A DNA stretch of 64,000 nt from a virus. A program made the translations under genes and the position numbers. Shown here in pieces: positions 48,159 to 58,944 of this stretch (position 1 is its first letter; the number at the start of each line of letters is the position of its first letter). Location: the IMG/VR virus record IMGVR_UViG_3300030333_005399, positions 7,830 through 71,829 of that record; one strand, written 5' to 3'. Below the pieces are notes generated by a model, which was not told where the DNA came from, made no database searches, and saw only the letters and a program-made list of their open reading frames with translations.

Positions 48159-49051
48159 TTTTTAGAGTTCCTTATTTGATGTACAAGTTTTAGTGAAGGT
48201 TCTGCATCGTCTATTGTAAACCCTTTACCATTCAATATGTTCCTATAACTTTCTGTGTGTAAATCTGTAAATCCATCTGAAAATTCTATTTCTTTTCCAT
48301 CTATAGTAATTGACCTGTAAGCTTTCCATTCTCTTATTATACCCATTTTAGGTATGTCGTTTGCATCGATACTTAGTCTCCACTGTACATTTGCCCTTTC
48401 TAACTCTAGATGTCCACTAGCTTTTGTATCTGTGTGATAGTCAACATAACTGTTTTGAACTGATCCAAATATCCAAAGTAACATATCAAAGAAGTGTATA
48501 CCAATATTTGTTGCAACTCCTCCTGATTTGTCATGGTTTCCCTTCCATGAATAGTTATACCATTTTCCTCTGGGTGTAACATAATCTAATACAATTTGAT
48601 GAGAATTGGAAACACTTTTTTCAATTTTTTTCTTAAGCTTTACAATACTTGGGTGTAATCTTAATTGTAGTATTGGATATACACTTTTACCAGTTTCTTG
48701 TTCTAACTGTTTGAGTGAATTTAACGCGTATGGGTTCATAACTAAAGGCTTTTCACATATTGCATGTGCATCAGTCTTTAAGGCAAATCTCATATGGGAA
48801 TCATGTAAATAATTTGGTGAAGCTATACTAATATAGTCTACACCCTTTCCCATTCTTCTAGATCTGTCTAAGTGTCTATCAAACCGTTCAAATTCTGAAA
48901 AATATGAAGCCTCTGGAAAATGACTATCTATTATACCGACTGAATCATTTGGATCCAATATCGACACTAAATCGTTTCCTGTATCCTTTATTGCTCTCAT
49001 ATGTTTTGGAGCTATGTATCCTGCGGCTCCTATCAATCCGAATCTATGCAT
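48155..49051 (-). CDS. wbpB: WbpB-like UDP-GlcNAcA 3-dehydrogenase (Gfo/Idh/MocA)
   Basis: GAAGYIAPKH, PNYLHDSH, CEKP, SGGVATNIGIHFFD, GFTDLH. Confidence 0.85.
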   Translation of the reverse strand: MHRFGLIGAAGYIAPKHMRAIKDTGNDLVSILDPNDSVGIIDSHFPEASYFSEFERFDRHLDRSRRMGKGVDYISIASPNYLHDSHMRFALKTDAHAICEKPLVMNPYALNSLKQLEQETGKSVYPILQLRLHPSIVKLKKKIEKSVSNSHQIVLDYVTPRGKWYNYSWKGNHDKSGGVATNIGIHFFDMLLWIFGSVQNSYVDYHTDTKASGHLELERANVQWRLSIDANDIPKMGIIREWKAYRSITIDGKEIEFSDGFTDLHTESYRNILNGKGFTIDDAEPSLKLVHQIRNSKK

Positions 49052-50063
49052 TCATTATCTCCGTTATTCTGTGCGCTGCGTCACCATATCCTAATAGGTT
49101 CTTAACCATAAACGATGGTGTATCTAGTTTGTCTATATTATTTACGCAACGTAAAATTTTATTATAATCAGCTCTCATACAATAATTGTGTTCCTCTAAA
49201 ACTGGATAAACTAAATCCTTTAGTACGACGATGCTTTTCTTTTTCATCCAATATGCTTCTTTTGGTATACCTCCGCTATCTGAAATAACATACTCACATC
49301 CTTTGATGTATTGTAAAGTTTGTAATTGTGACATGGTGTCATGTGTTGGAAACTCTACACTTATATCATATTCGTCTATTGCAGCTTGTGTTCTAGGATG
49401 AACTGGAAAAACTATATCAATAGTCTTACTAAGCTGATTTAACTGTTCTATAATAAATGTTAATTCTCTTTTACGTGTATTTTCTTCTCTATGTATTGTT
49501 ACAAAAACATAAGGCATAGTACCATAAAATGGAGACCCTGAAACTTCTCTATGTAAAAAATTATCGTACATAATATCACCAACTACGTGCACATCTCCAT
49601 TTACATGGGATAGATTCTTCGCATCTGATTCGGATATACAATACAAATGATCAGATATTTCGTCTACCATTCTACGTATTCTTTCCTCTGGCATTTGTAA
49701 ACTTGGTAGTCTTAAACCAGATTCTACATGGTGAAGTGTTTTACCATTAAAACTTGCTGCTAAAGCTCCAGCTAATGTTGAAAGTGTATCACCATAAACT
49801 ACAATATCCGAGTATTGGTTTATATGATAACTAATATCCTCAATCATATCGGATAACAATTCTGGATATGGCTTACCATTATGATTCAACAAATAATCTG
49901 GTTCTTTAATTCCTAATTCTTTGAAAAAATTATCAGACATATCATAATCGTAATGTTGACCAGTATGTAATATGTCGTAACTCATTTCCTTCTTTTCAAA
50001 CTGTTGTGCAAGTGGAGCTAACTTCATAAACTGAGGTCTAGCACCTACAACATGAAGGAACAT
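49044..50063 (-). CDS. UDP-GlcNAc 2-epimerase (WecB/WbpI family)
   Basis: GARPQF, HTGQH, YGDT, HVESGLR, PEE, HREEN, DSGG. Confidence 0.92.
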   Translation of the reverse strand: MFLHVVGARPQFMKLAPLAQQFEKKEMSYDILHTGQHYDYDMSDNFFKELGIKEPDYLLNHNGKPYPELLSDMIEDISYHINQYSDIVVYGDTLSTLAGALAASFNGKTLHHVESGLRLPSLQMPEERIRRMVDEISDHLYCISESDAKNLSHVNGDVHVVGDIMYDNFLHREVSGSPFYGTMPYVFVTIHREENTRKRELTFIIEQLNQLSKTIDIVFPVHPRTQAAIDEYDISVEFPTHDTMSQLQTLQYIKGCEYVISDSGGIPKEAYWMKKKSIVVLKDLVYPVLEEHNYCMRADYNKILRCVNNIDKLDTPSFMVKNLLGYGDAAHRITEIMNA

Positions 50064-50764
50064 CAGATTTGTATCCTATCTATCATCTTTCTAAATCTTT
50101 TCATCAGTCTCATTTCGTGCTGATGTGACATTCTCCTGTGTGCTTCAGATTTTGATGTTGATAATTCGTGTGTAAGATCAGCTGTTTTAATATCTTCTAG
50201 TGCATCGACTAACATATTGATTTCCATATCGTACTGTCTTCGAGCTACACTGTGAAATGTATCCCACGAATAGAGTGGAACAAACTCTCTTTTTATCAGA
50301 ATACCAGCATCACACTCATCTGATATTATGTGTGAAGTAACACCAATAGGTTTACCATCATATATTGCCCATTTTAAAGAGTCCAACCCTCTAACGTATG
50401 GTAAGTAAGCTGGATGTGAATTTATAACTCTGTTTGTATCGCACAGCTCTTTTGGTAATATTCCTGCTCCACCTATTAATAAATGTATATTACTATACAC
50501 ATCCAGTTGAGTAATAACAGTTTCTATGGGTATTGGACTGTAAACATATCCTAATCGTTTACATAAATCTTCAGTACTAACGTTAATTGGTTCAAAATGT
50601 CTGTGTGGTATTAGCGATTTAAAATTCTTTCTTTCTACCCACGGTGTAGCATAAACTATTACATCATCGTAACCTTTTGTTTTTAGATTCAACAATATGT
50701 CTTGTGTTTTCTTATGCACAATACCGTCTGGTGTATCATACGTTAAAACAAATGTATCAAGCAT
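50063..50764 (-). CDS. Formyltransferase-like protein
   Basis: INSHPAYLPYVRG, CDAG. Confidence 0.8.
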   Translation of the reverse strand: MLDTFVLTYDTPDGIVHKKTQDILLNLKTKGYDDVIVYATPWVERKNFKSLIPHRHFEPINVSTEDLCKRLGYVYSPIPIETVITQLDVYSNIHLLIGGAGILPKELCDTNRVINSHPAYLPYVRGLDSLKWAIYDGKPIGVTSHIISDECDAGILIKREFVPLYSWDTFHSVARRQYDMEINMLVDALEDIKTADLTHELSTSKSEAHRRMSHQHEMRLMKRFRKMIDRIQI

Positions 50765-51623
50765 TTATTTCCTTCCTTATATAATCCTTTAGTACGTCCT
50801 TTGGTTCATAACCTAATACTTCTTCGGCATGAGATATGTCACACAATGTAGAGTCGTACTCACCTTTTCTTTTTGGTACATATTCTCGTGGATGATCTGG
50901 TGGGAACATGTCAGCTAATTCATTTATAGAGTGATTACTACCTGTTCCTAATTCAAACGTTTCACCCTCAATAAGTGTATTGTTTAAAAGTCCGTGTGCA
51001 CAGCGAGCCAATCCTTCTACAATAAAGTCTACGTGTGTAAAATCACGTCTTTGTTCACCATCTGATGTTATTGTCAACGGCTTTCCTTCTCTAAATTGTT
51101 TTAGAAATATTCCAACAACTGTTGCATAGTCTCCATCTTCCAGTTGATGATCTCCATATACATTATAAAATCTACATATAGCAGTTTTTAAACCAAATGC
51201 TTCTGTGTACAATCTACAAAGTTCTTCACCACCAAACTTTGACCATGCGTAAGGACTTCCGTATAATCCATGATGCATTGATGATGAACCAGCGTAAACT
51301 AATGGGATACCGTTTAGTCTACACCATTCTACAACATTAAATGTACCATTAAAGTTGTTTTCTATACATTTTCGTGGATCCTTTAATGAAGGCTGTATTC
51401 TTGCTAATGCTGCCAAATGAAATACCACATCTGGTTTAATATAAGCCGTATAGCTTGTAACCTTTGCTACATCTAAATTATGATACTTTGCCTTTATGTT
51501 ATGATTCTCAGTAAAGCCAGTTGAATAGTTATCTATACTGACTACTTCGTGACCATCTTTTATGAGCTTATTTATTAGGTTTGTTCCTACAAACCCTGCT
51601 CCACCTGTTACTAATGCTTTCAT
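50757..51623 (-). CDS. NAD-dependent nucleotide-sugar epimerase
   Basis: TGGAGFVG, YAWSK, RFYNVYG, RRDFTHV. Confidence 0.92.
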   Translation of the reverse strand: MKALVTGGAGFVGTNLINKLIKDGHEVVSIDNYSTGFTENHNIKAKYHNLDVAKVTSYTAYIKPDVVFHLAALARIQPSLKDPRKCIENNFNGTFNVVEWCRLNGIPLVYAGSSSMHHGLYGSPYAWSKFGGEELCRLYTEAFGLKTAICRFYNVYGDHQLEDGDYATVVGIFLKQFREGKPLTITSDGEQRRDFTHVDFIVEGLARCAHGLLNNTLIEGETFELGTGSNHSINELADMFPPDHPREYVPKRKGEYDSTLCDISHAEEVLGYEPKDVLKDYIRKEINA

Positions 51624-52249
51624 CTCATTATCCTACTATAGTGTTCGTTTTGTTGTTCCTGTTTGGTTATTGTTTTATGATGATAGAAACACCACTCTTC
51701 TTCAAATGGTAAATACGCATCTTGTGCTGCACCAATCAATCGTTCATGAACTGGTCTAACCCATTGAATATGATCAGCATTTTTATAAATTCTTTGCTGT
51801 GGATCTGGCCAATTTACCCATCCCTTATCACTAACATTCCATCCCCACAATCTAACATGTTCTGGAGTTATACCATCTACTGTGTTAACTCTTGGAACCC
51901 AATATAATTCTACAGTTGGATTAGTCTCAATCAATGGTTTTATATTCTCCATTAACGATTTGTTTGGCATCTCATCTGCATCAAGGTTAACTATCCAATC
52001 TCCACTACACTGTGAATTTAAAAAGTTTTTATGCGCAGCAAAATCATTTGCTAAAGATCGTTCGAAAAACTTTATATTATATGCATCATCGTGAATATAC
52101 GTATCGAAAACTTCCCAAGTCTTGTAATCTGAATGATCATCGACTATTACTAATTCGTCTTCGATCTGCATATTACTTAATAAAAATGGTATTAGTTTGG
52201 ATAACTCTTTATGTTCATTGTGTGTTGTAACTGCGTAACTTATTTTCAT
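51620..52249 (-). CDS. GT2 glycosyltransferase
   Basis: VDD, LDADE, VHE. Confidence 0.88.
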   Translation of the reverse strand: MKISYAVTTHNEHKELSKLIPFLLSNMQIEDELVIVDDHSDYKTWEVFDTYIHDDAYNIKFFERSLANDFAAHKNFLNSQCSGDWIVNLDADEMPNKSLMENIKPLIETNPTVELYWVPRVNTVDGITPEHVRLWGWNVSDKGWVNWPDPQQRIYKNADHIQWVRPVHERLIGAAQDAYLPFEEEWCFYHHKTITKQEQQNEHYSRIMR

Positions 52250-52264
52250 TTATTATATATATTG

Positions 52265-52858
52265 TTATCTTTTTCCAGAAGCTAAAACAATTTGACATAT
52301 ATGCTCTAGTCTTTCTATGTGTTCAAATGCATCCCATGGGTTTCGACCAACTGCACATACACCGTGTGCTTTTTGTCCTACAATATCATACTTTATACTG
52401 TCTTCACCTTCACGTGTTCCAATTGCTTCAGCAGTTGCTAATCCCAATTCTTCAGTTATTGGTGGAATAATTGGAACTGTTGGTCCTACTTTAGTATATC
52501 TACTAATTTCTGGAAAATCCTTTGCAACCTGTTGTAGATCATATCCTGCATGCATTGCTGCTATCGTATAAGTTGGATGTAAGTGTACAACAGATGTAGT
52601 ACTTAATGTTCCAGATTGAATCAAATGATGCATGTGCAACTCACCACTAGCATTATTTTTTCGTACTATCAGTTTCGTATTGTCTTCATACCTTAATTTT
52701 ACTACGTGTTCTGGGTGGATTATTGTTTTTCTCCATCCAGACGGGGTAATATACAGAGTCTTTCTACCTCTCATCTTTACAGAGATATTACCGTCTCTTG
52801 TTGTTATCCATCCTCGGGTGTATGCTTCCCGCATTACATCGCCAATTGCTGTTAACAC
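52265..52858 (-). CDS. Class II aldolase/adducin family
   Basis: GNIS, ITPSG, SGELHMH, HLHP, AHG. Confidence 0.9.
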   Translation of the reverse strand: MLTAIGDVMREAYTRGWITTRDGNISVKMRGRKTLYITPSGWRKTIIHPEHVVKLRYEDNTKLIVRKNNASGELHMHHLIQSGTLSTTSVVHLHPTYTIAAMHAGYDLQQVAKDFPEISRYTKVGPTVPIIPPITEELGLATAEAIGTREGEDSIKYDIVGQKAHGVCAVGRNPWDAFEHIERLEHICQIVLASGKR

Positions 52859-52866
52859 ATAACCTC

Positions 52867-53370
52867 CTATTTATCTACTGAATAAGTTCTACCACCCGGT
52901 GTTTTAAATTTCCGTTTCAGTTCTTCTATCAACTGTCTTGGCCACGGATAATCTGTATCTAACCTAACCGGATACCTCTTAGCTTTATCATACCTATACG
53001 TTCTATAGTTACCATATCTAGAAACTAGGTTCTTAATCTGTGAATACTGAGATCTTGGAGTACCTTCAACAATAGCTATTCTTTCTACCGATGTATCCAG
53101 CTCTCTCCACTCCAGTCCCCTTTGCTCTGCAGCAGCAGTAACCATATCAGATCTTTCCCTTGTTGTCAATGCTCCTGACTTTGCCGGAACTGCTTTTAAT
53201 TCCATACCGTGAATCAGTCTAACGGTTCCTCCAGATTTTACATCTTTGAGATGTCTTGGGTTCAATATTAAAACTGTTCTAATTCTAGCCTTAGCATTTG
53301 GTCTAGATCCTTTATACCTAAACTGGACTAGATCTCCTTGTCTTATTCTGTTCCAAGCAATGTTTTTCAT
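52867..53370 (-). CDS. Hypothetical basic protein
   Basis: Coupled ORF, YRTY motif. Confidence 0.5.
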   Translation of the reverse strand: MKNIAWNRIRQGDLVQFRYKGSRPNAKARIRTVLILNPRHLKDVKSGGTVRLIHGMELKAVPAKSGALTTRERSDMVTAAAEQRGLEWRELDTSVERIAIVEGTPRSQYSQIKNLVSRYGNYRTYRYDKAKRYPVRLDTDYPWPRQLIEELKRKFKTPGGRTYSVDK

Positions 53371-53548
53371 TATTTAAACAATTCCATTTTGTACCACTTT
53401 TCAGATACATTTAAATAAAAGCTTAGCGTATTCCAAACACATATAAGAGTATAGTTTCTTCCAAAAGCAAAAGCAGATATAACTCTATAGTTATCTTCAT
53501 CCGGATGCTTTGGATCATATCCATAGTATTTGTTCCACCAAATATTAA

Positions 53549-53986
53549 TCATTTTATATCTTTAGCTATTCCCATATCCTTACACGCACTCAAGAAATCC
53601 ATACGATCGTAAGCTTTAGCATTATCTACGTCTAACATGTAATCGTGATTTCCCATTGCGGCTTTTCTATCTTCTGGAATCTCGACTGTTTTTGCGTATT
53701 TCCATTGCCAGTTATTTTCGTCTCCATCAGGAAATATCATTCCTAACTTTTGTCCCATGTTTAGTACTGTTGGAAACCAATATATTTCCCTAACTTGATC
53801 GTACCAACTTAACTTATTAATAAGTATGCTAGTGTCCCTCTCCATCTTTGCTTCATTTTCCTCTGTGAATCTTGTATCACTCATAAATCCACAATTGAAA
53901 CACATGAAGCTACTATATCCTTCTTGCATTTCTTCAAAACACCTATCCTCATCACCACAGTGTGAACATTGTACAACTCTTTCCAT
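53549..53986 (-). CDS. Zinc-ribbon hypothetical protein
   Basis: CSHCG and CFNCG. Confidence 0.6.
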   Translation of the reverse strand: MERVVQCSHCGDEDRCFEEMQEGYSSFMCFNCGFMSDTRFTEENEAKMERDTSILINKLSWYDQVREIYWFPTVLNMGQKLGMIFPDGDENNWQWKYAKTVEIPEDRKAAMGNHDYMLDVDNAKAYDRMDFLSACKDMGIAKDIK

Positions 53987-55281
53987 TATGCCTTCTCCAA
54001 TTTTGGTAACTTCTTAGGTAATTTTTTTAGATTTGGTAATTTAACGTCAACAGTTTGAGTAAACTTAGGTAAGCTCTGATTTAAGACATTATCTAGGTGT
54101 TTTACCATAGCATTAAACGAGAACTTTCGTGCATTCTGTTTCATTAATTTTTTAGCTGAAATCTTAAAACGTCTGTAATTACGCTTAACATTTTTCATTG
54201 TAGATATAGCTTGTTTATGATTAACCATGTACCACTTCATTTCCTTCATCCACATTTTTTCTGGAAGTGCATCTTGACCAACATCAACTAAACCTCCACC
54301 TAAAAGTATAGCGTGTTTTTTATCTAAAAAGTCAACGTGACCACTCCAATGTGGAGCAATAATTGGTTTTCCAGATAAAGAAGCTTCCAACAACGGTCTA
54401 CCAAATCCTTCACCGTGTGTAAATGTAACATGTGCAGAAACTTTTGGGTGATTGTATAGTTGATTCATCTCGTAATCGTGAAGATCACCGTGAAGTAAAT
54501 AAATGTTTGGTGGATCTGGATTTTTAACTAATGCTTTTATTTCACCAATTTTCATCATCAGATCTTCGTGATCTATCTTTGATGGTGTAGCACTGGATGT
54601 TTTCATAATTAATCCAACGTTGTGCACAGACTTATAAGACTCCAAAAACGATTTAACCAACATACCAACGTCTTTTCTATCTCTTCCTAATCCACCTTGT
54701 AACCAATGACCTACAAATAGAAAGTTAAAGTTTTCTTTTATCTGACTTAATGTATCGTTCAATGGTTTACTACACTCACTTGTAACCTTATATAGATTAG
54801 TATCTGCTCCTTCAAATAACACTCCAACAGGTTTAGTAATCTTCAAAACTTCTTTTGTTTGATCGTTTCTAAATTCTGTTGATAGCATAGTTTGTGCAGA
54901 AAAGTTAGAACTAGCCAAAACTAAATCCATTCTGTTACAACCATCTATCCAATCTTGTGGTATTAATGTAGTTTCTAATCCTGCAGTTATTCCAATGTTA
55001 AACTTCCCAGCTGGAGTAAACTCATTTGGAACAACTATGTGAATGTGCACATCTGGTTGAAAGTTAATATTATAATTTATTCGATCGATAATAATTTTAT
55101 CACGTGGATCGTCAAGACTTAGTGCGTTTTGAGGTGTACCTCCCCATGGAACTAGATTGACATGTACGTCGTACTTATCTAATGCCACTAACGCTCTGAT
55201 TACATCTCTAGCTCTAGAACCATAACCAGATCTAGTTGCAGCTGGTGAAGTTACTACTACAGTTGGTTTATACATTTGCAA
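53986..55281 (-). CDS. GT4 glycosyltransferase
   Basis: SGYG, RKD, GEGFGRPLLEA. Confidence 0.88.
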   Translation of the reverse strand: MQMYKPTVVVTSPAATRSGYGSRARDVIRALVALDKYDVHVNLVPWGGTPQNALSLDDPRDKIIIDRINYNINFQPDVHIHIVVPNEFTPAGKFNIGITAGLETTLIPQDWIDGCNRMDLVLASSNFSAQTMLSTEFRNDQTKEVLKITKPVGVLFEGADTNLYKVTSECSKPLNDTLSQIKENFNFLFVGHWLQGGLGRDRKDVGMLVKSFLESYKSVHNVGLIMKTSSATPSKIDHEDLMMKIGEIKALVKNPDPPNIYLLHGDLHDYEMNQLYNHPKVSAHVTFTHGEGFGRPLLEASLSGKPIIAPHWSGHVDFLDKKHAILLGGGLVDVGQDALPEKMWMKEMKWYMVNHKQAISTMKNVKRNYRRFKISAKKLMKQNARKFSFNAMVKHLDNVLNQSLPKFTQTVDVKLPNLKKLPKKLPKLEKA

Positions 55282-56758
55282 CTATCTCCTTACTATTGGT
55301 TAATCCATTAAACTCTGGCAATTTTTTCTCATAGGTTGTAGCATTTGTTAATTCAAATCTTGATCTTGGTTTGAAGTTTTTCAACGTATCATCTATATCG
55401 TTTATGAATCTTTTACCCATTTCAGATGCTGTAAATCCAAATTCTGGATTCATCACATACTTATGACCTTCCATACCTCTTCGTTTTAGATCGTCAGTTC
55501 CACACTTATACGCAGTTAACAATTGAATTGCAACGTCTTGATAATCTGGTCTATCGTCTGAAATAAACGGTGTAGGGATAGATCCTTGTATTGATCTACT
55601 AGTTGGCCATACTGGAAACACCCATTCACCGTGATCTTTGTATCTACCATCGTGATTCGATCCCCATTCCATTGTGTAATCATCAGCAGTTAGGTAAGAC
55701 CCGTCTTCCTTTTTAAATCCACAGTAATCTTGCATACCACCAGAAACATTCACAATTAGCGGTACACCACACATAAGAGTCTCTGCACCCATTAATCCAA
55801 ACCCTTCATTTGAACTAATCAATATAGATGCGTTAGCACAGTTATACAACCAATTCATCTGTTCACGTTCATACTTATCATCTGAAAATGCTACATCGTA
55901 TTTGGGACATAAATTATTGACCAACGCTGGCAAATCAGTACCGTTCTCATCTCTTGGTGCACAATGCATCAACAATAAACATTCAGCTGCTTCCTCTTCG
56001 GTAAGCTGATCGCAAAAAGTTCTATATGCATACACTATATCACCTGGTAATTTTCTTCTAATATTTCTAGCATTATAAAATACTACAAATTTTTTCTTTC
56101 CGTCTCTGGTAACTTGAGATTTAAACTTTAAAAACTCATCATATTTCTCATAAGACTTATCAATTGGGAAATACTCTGTTTCGTCTATTCCATGCGGTAT
56201 ATAAGTTACTTGCCATGGTTCATAGGAAGATCGAACTTGCTTCACTATATTAACAGTTTGTTTAGATATGTTAAACAAAGAATCCACTGAATCATAATAC
56301 TTTTGGTTCCATGTTGGGTATGGTAAATCATCCCAAATATTATAGTACATGATTGGAATGTTTGTTCGTATTTCTCGTTCCATTTGAAACAACCATTCCC
56401 AAAATCTAGGGTCTGTATAAATCATAATTCCATGTGGATTATAATGTCCCATTATTCCTCTAACCAACATTTGATCACCGTATCCATTAACTGGGTGAAT
56501 TTTGACTTCACAATCTGGAACACCTGTTCTTTTTGTAAGGTCTTCATTCATGTCTACATTTTTTCCGTTATCTGGATGATTTATAGCTCCACCGATCTGA
56601 ACCCAATTAAACCTATGAACAGTTTGTACAACAATTTCTCTGGACATATTTCCAACCCCAGATGTCATACGCATGTCATCACTCAACAAGAGAATGGTCT
56701 TGCGTTCTTTCTTCGGTAGTACTTCGTATCCATTACGAACATCACCGATCTTATACAT
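55268..56758 (-). CDS. GT4 glycosyltransferase
   Basis: SGVG, IPHGID, RNIRRK, NEGFGLMGAE. Confidence 0.88.
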   Translation of the reverse strand: MYKIGDVRNGYEVLPKKERKTILLLSDDMRMTSGVGNMSREIVVQTVHRFNWVQIGGAINHPDNGKNVDMNEDLTKRTGVPDCEVKIHPVNGYGDQMLVRGIMGHYNPHGIMIYTDPRFWEWLFQMEREIRTNIPIMYYNIWDDLPYPTWNQKYYDSVDSLFNISKQTVNIVKQVRSSYEPWQVTYIPHGIDETEYFPIDKSYEKYDEFLKFKSQVTRDGKKKFVVFYNARNIRRKLPGDIVYAYRTFCDQLTEEEAAECLLLMHCAPRDENGTDLPALVNNLCPKYDVAFSDDKYEREQMNWLYNCANASILISSNEGFGLMGAETLMCGVPLIVNVSGGMQDYCGFKKEDGSYLTADDYTMEWGSNHDGRYKDHGEWVFPVWPTSRSIQGSIPTPFISDDRPDYQDVAIQLLTAYKCGTDDLKRRGMEGHKYVMNPEFGFTASEMGKRFINDIDDTLKNFKPRSRFELTNATTYEKKLPEFNGLTNSKEIVANV

Positions 56759-56768
56759 TGAATCTCCT

Positions 56769-56972
56769 TTAATAACCGTTTTTGTAATTTTCTTTTAGAT
56801 CTTTTACACTTTGTATTTTCTCTGCAAAATCACTATCGTTTAAGTACATATACATTGACCTATTAACTAATTTTTGTAATGTAATGTTATTACTCTTTCC
56901 TTGATCTTTAAATTTCTTATAAACATCAGATAATACCTTAATTGATGTGAGTTTCCATATATCGTTTATCAT
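56769..56972 (-). CDS. Small ribbon-helix-helix-like protein
   Basis: LTSIKV strand followed by two helices. Confidence 0.5.
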   Translation of the reverse strand: MINDIWKLTSIKVLSDVYKKFKDQGKSNNITLQKLVNRSMYMYLNDSDFAEKIQSVKDLKENYKNGY

Positions 56973-57024
56973 AACATTCCTCTTAGTATATATAGTATAT
57001 ATATTGTTGAATGTGCTTAAAATG

Positions 57025-57465
57025 TCACTTTTTATTGTAATCGTATTCGTTTGAATCGTTTCTTTTTTGTTTTTTAGACAATTCAGCTAATGTTTTACCC
57101 TGATTTTCGGTAAACGATCTATGTTTATCCATAAAGTCTATGGCTTTTATTAAGTTTAATGGCGCAGGTGCTGATATTTTAAACCTGTAATCTGTGGATC
57201 CCAAAGGTTCTTCTGAGTTTTCAACCTCTAAAAATACTCTTTGTTTCATAGCACTAGATTCCACTTCAATATGTGTTCTATAAACTAAAGCATCATCATG
57301 TTTCATAATTGCTTTTGTAATATCGTTCATACTGTCAACATCTTTAACGTAAAATAATATTTTAAATTTTGACTTTTTCTTACAGTCTTTTAACTTGTCC
57401 CAAATCATATTTTCATAATCTGTACCTATGAAATCACCTGTATTGAATCTAACTGTCTGTATCAT
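57025..57465 (-). CDS. Hypothetical protein
   Basis: ATGA overlap with the nuclease gene. Confidence 0.5.
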   Translation of the reverse strand: MIQTVRFNTGDFIGTDYENMIWDKLKDCKKKSKFKILFYVKDVDSMNDITKAIMKHDDALVYRTHIEVESSAMKQRVFLEVENSEEPLGSTDYRFKISAPAPLNLIKAIDFMDKHRSFTENQGKTLAELSKKQKRNDSNEYDYNKK

Positions 57466-58364
57466 TTATCTTCCCTCTCAACATAAAGCTTATCGCATAT
57501 ATCTGGTTTATCTGCAAATTCACACCATTTGCATTTGTTCAACACTCCACGCTTTTTGAAATCTTGATCTACTTTGTAACTTCCATCTTTATTAAAACAA
57601 TCATCTATAAATACGTCAACTGTTTTAAATGTTTTGTTAATAGATACATTAGCAGAAGGTGGTTCAAATTTTTGGATGTACTTTTGTGGAAAATCAGACT
57701 TTTCCCATAATAAACGTTTAACTATGAAAAATTCTACATCAATATCTGAAATATCTACATCATATTTTTCAGCTATAAATTTTTTGTAAAAAAGCAATTG
57801 ACCTCTTTTCATTGGGTCTTTCTTTTCGTACTTCCAACCTCTTGTAGATGTTTTAATGTCTATCAATCTAAACTTACCTGTTTGTTTATTTCTCAATAAC
57901 ACATCGATAAAACCTAAAACCTTAACACCGTTATATTCGGTGTTTAGTGGAACTTCTATACCCATCAACTCCCAATTCTTCTTTGAGAAATATTGACCTC
58001 TCCTCTTCTTAAACCAATCCAAAGCCTTTGCACCCTGCATACAAAACTCAGTTAGTTCTCCTTGTGTTGAAAAATGAGAACCCTTTCTTGCTTCTACAGC
58101 ATCTCCATAATAAAACTTAACTCTGTCAACCAATAGGTTTGGTAAGTCTAACTTATCTGCTGTAGTAATTGAATCATTATACATCTCAGTTAAATAGGTT
58201 TGTAAAACCTCATGAAGAGCTTTACCGTATATTGTGTAAATAGAATCGCTTACTGGTCTTATTTTGTCAATATAATTTAGCTTCCACTTGAATGGACATT
58301 GATTATAAATTTGAACCTGTGACCAACTTATTTTTTCCATTATACTGTTGACTCCTCGTAACAT
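57462..58364 (-). CDS. PD-(D/E)xK exonuclease (RecB/Cas4-like)
   Basis: CP, GKALH, GFID, IDIKT, QLLFY, C-terminal CKWC...C cluster. Confidence 0.88.
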   Translation of the reverse strand: MLRGVNSIMEKISWSQVQIYNQCPFKWKLNYIDKIRPVSDSIYTIYGKALHEVLQTYLTEMYNDSITTADKLDLPNLLVDRVKFYYGDAVEARKGSHFSTQGELTEFCMQGAKALDWFKKRRGQYFSKKNWELMGIEVPLNTEYNGVKVLGFIDVLLRNKQTGKFRLIDIKTSTRGWKYEKKDPMKRGQLLFYKKFIAEKYDVDISDIDVEFFIVKRLLWEKSDFPQKYIQKFEPPSANVSINKTFKTVDVFIDDCFNKDGSYKVDQDFKKRGVLNKCKWCEFADKPDICDKLYVEREDK

Positions 58365-58560
58365 TCAGTATTACAATAATAACCAGTTTTAGCACCTGGT
58401 AAATCTCTGTTTTTGGTTCCTTCTTCAATTGGTGTTGACGTTATGAAACCAGTTCTAACTAATTCAATATGAATGTAAGGTTGTGTTAAATCTTTACCAC
58501 ATGTATCACACTCACACTCAATTGTTGGTCTTACATATTTCTTTTTTCTTCCTCTTGGCA

Positions 58561-58944
58561 TTACTTACCCCACTTTCCTCGAGCTACAACTTGTGCCATA
58601 ACTCCATAATTTGAAATATCACTATAACTATCTACTAAACCTTCACCTTCTAAAGAACCATTATCACCTCGCATTAGTATAGTCTTTATTCGTTCTACTT
58701 TATCATTTATCCTAAACCATATACCCATTAAAGATAATCTTTTTTCCTCTTCATTAACCAATTGTTGTCCAACTGCAATATTCTGTGGACCATAATCGTG
58801 CTGTTTATGAAGAAACAATTCATACTGTTCTCTTTGTATCTTTTTAAACTCAGATGTCATATCTGGATATTGTTTCTCCATATATGTTACAATATCTGTA
58901 GATTCTTCGTTTGTTCCTTTAGGTGTGTCGTTTATTACTTTCAT
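58561..58944 (-). CDS. Nucleotide-modification-associated domain 1 (DUF1599-like)
   Basis: KQHDYG, RINDKVER, DSYSDISNY. Confidence 0.8.
   Translation of the reverse strand: MKVINDTPKGTNEESTDIVTYMEKQYPDMTSEFKKIQREQYELFLHKQHDYGPQNIAVGQQLVNEEEKRLSLMGIWFRINDKVERIKTILMRGDNGSLEGEGLVDSYSDISNYGVMAQVVARGKWGK

Noticed and set aside
57462-58364. Cas4 of a CRISPR-Cas system
   Set aside because: No other cas genes or array; it sits in the replication block like a solo phage exonuclease
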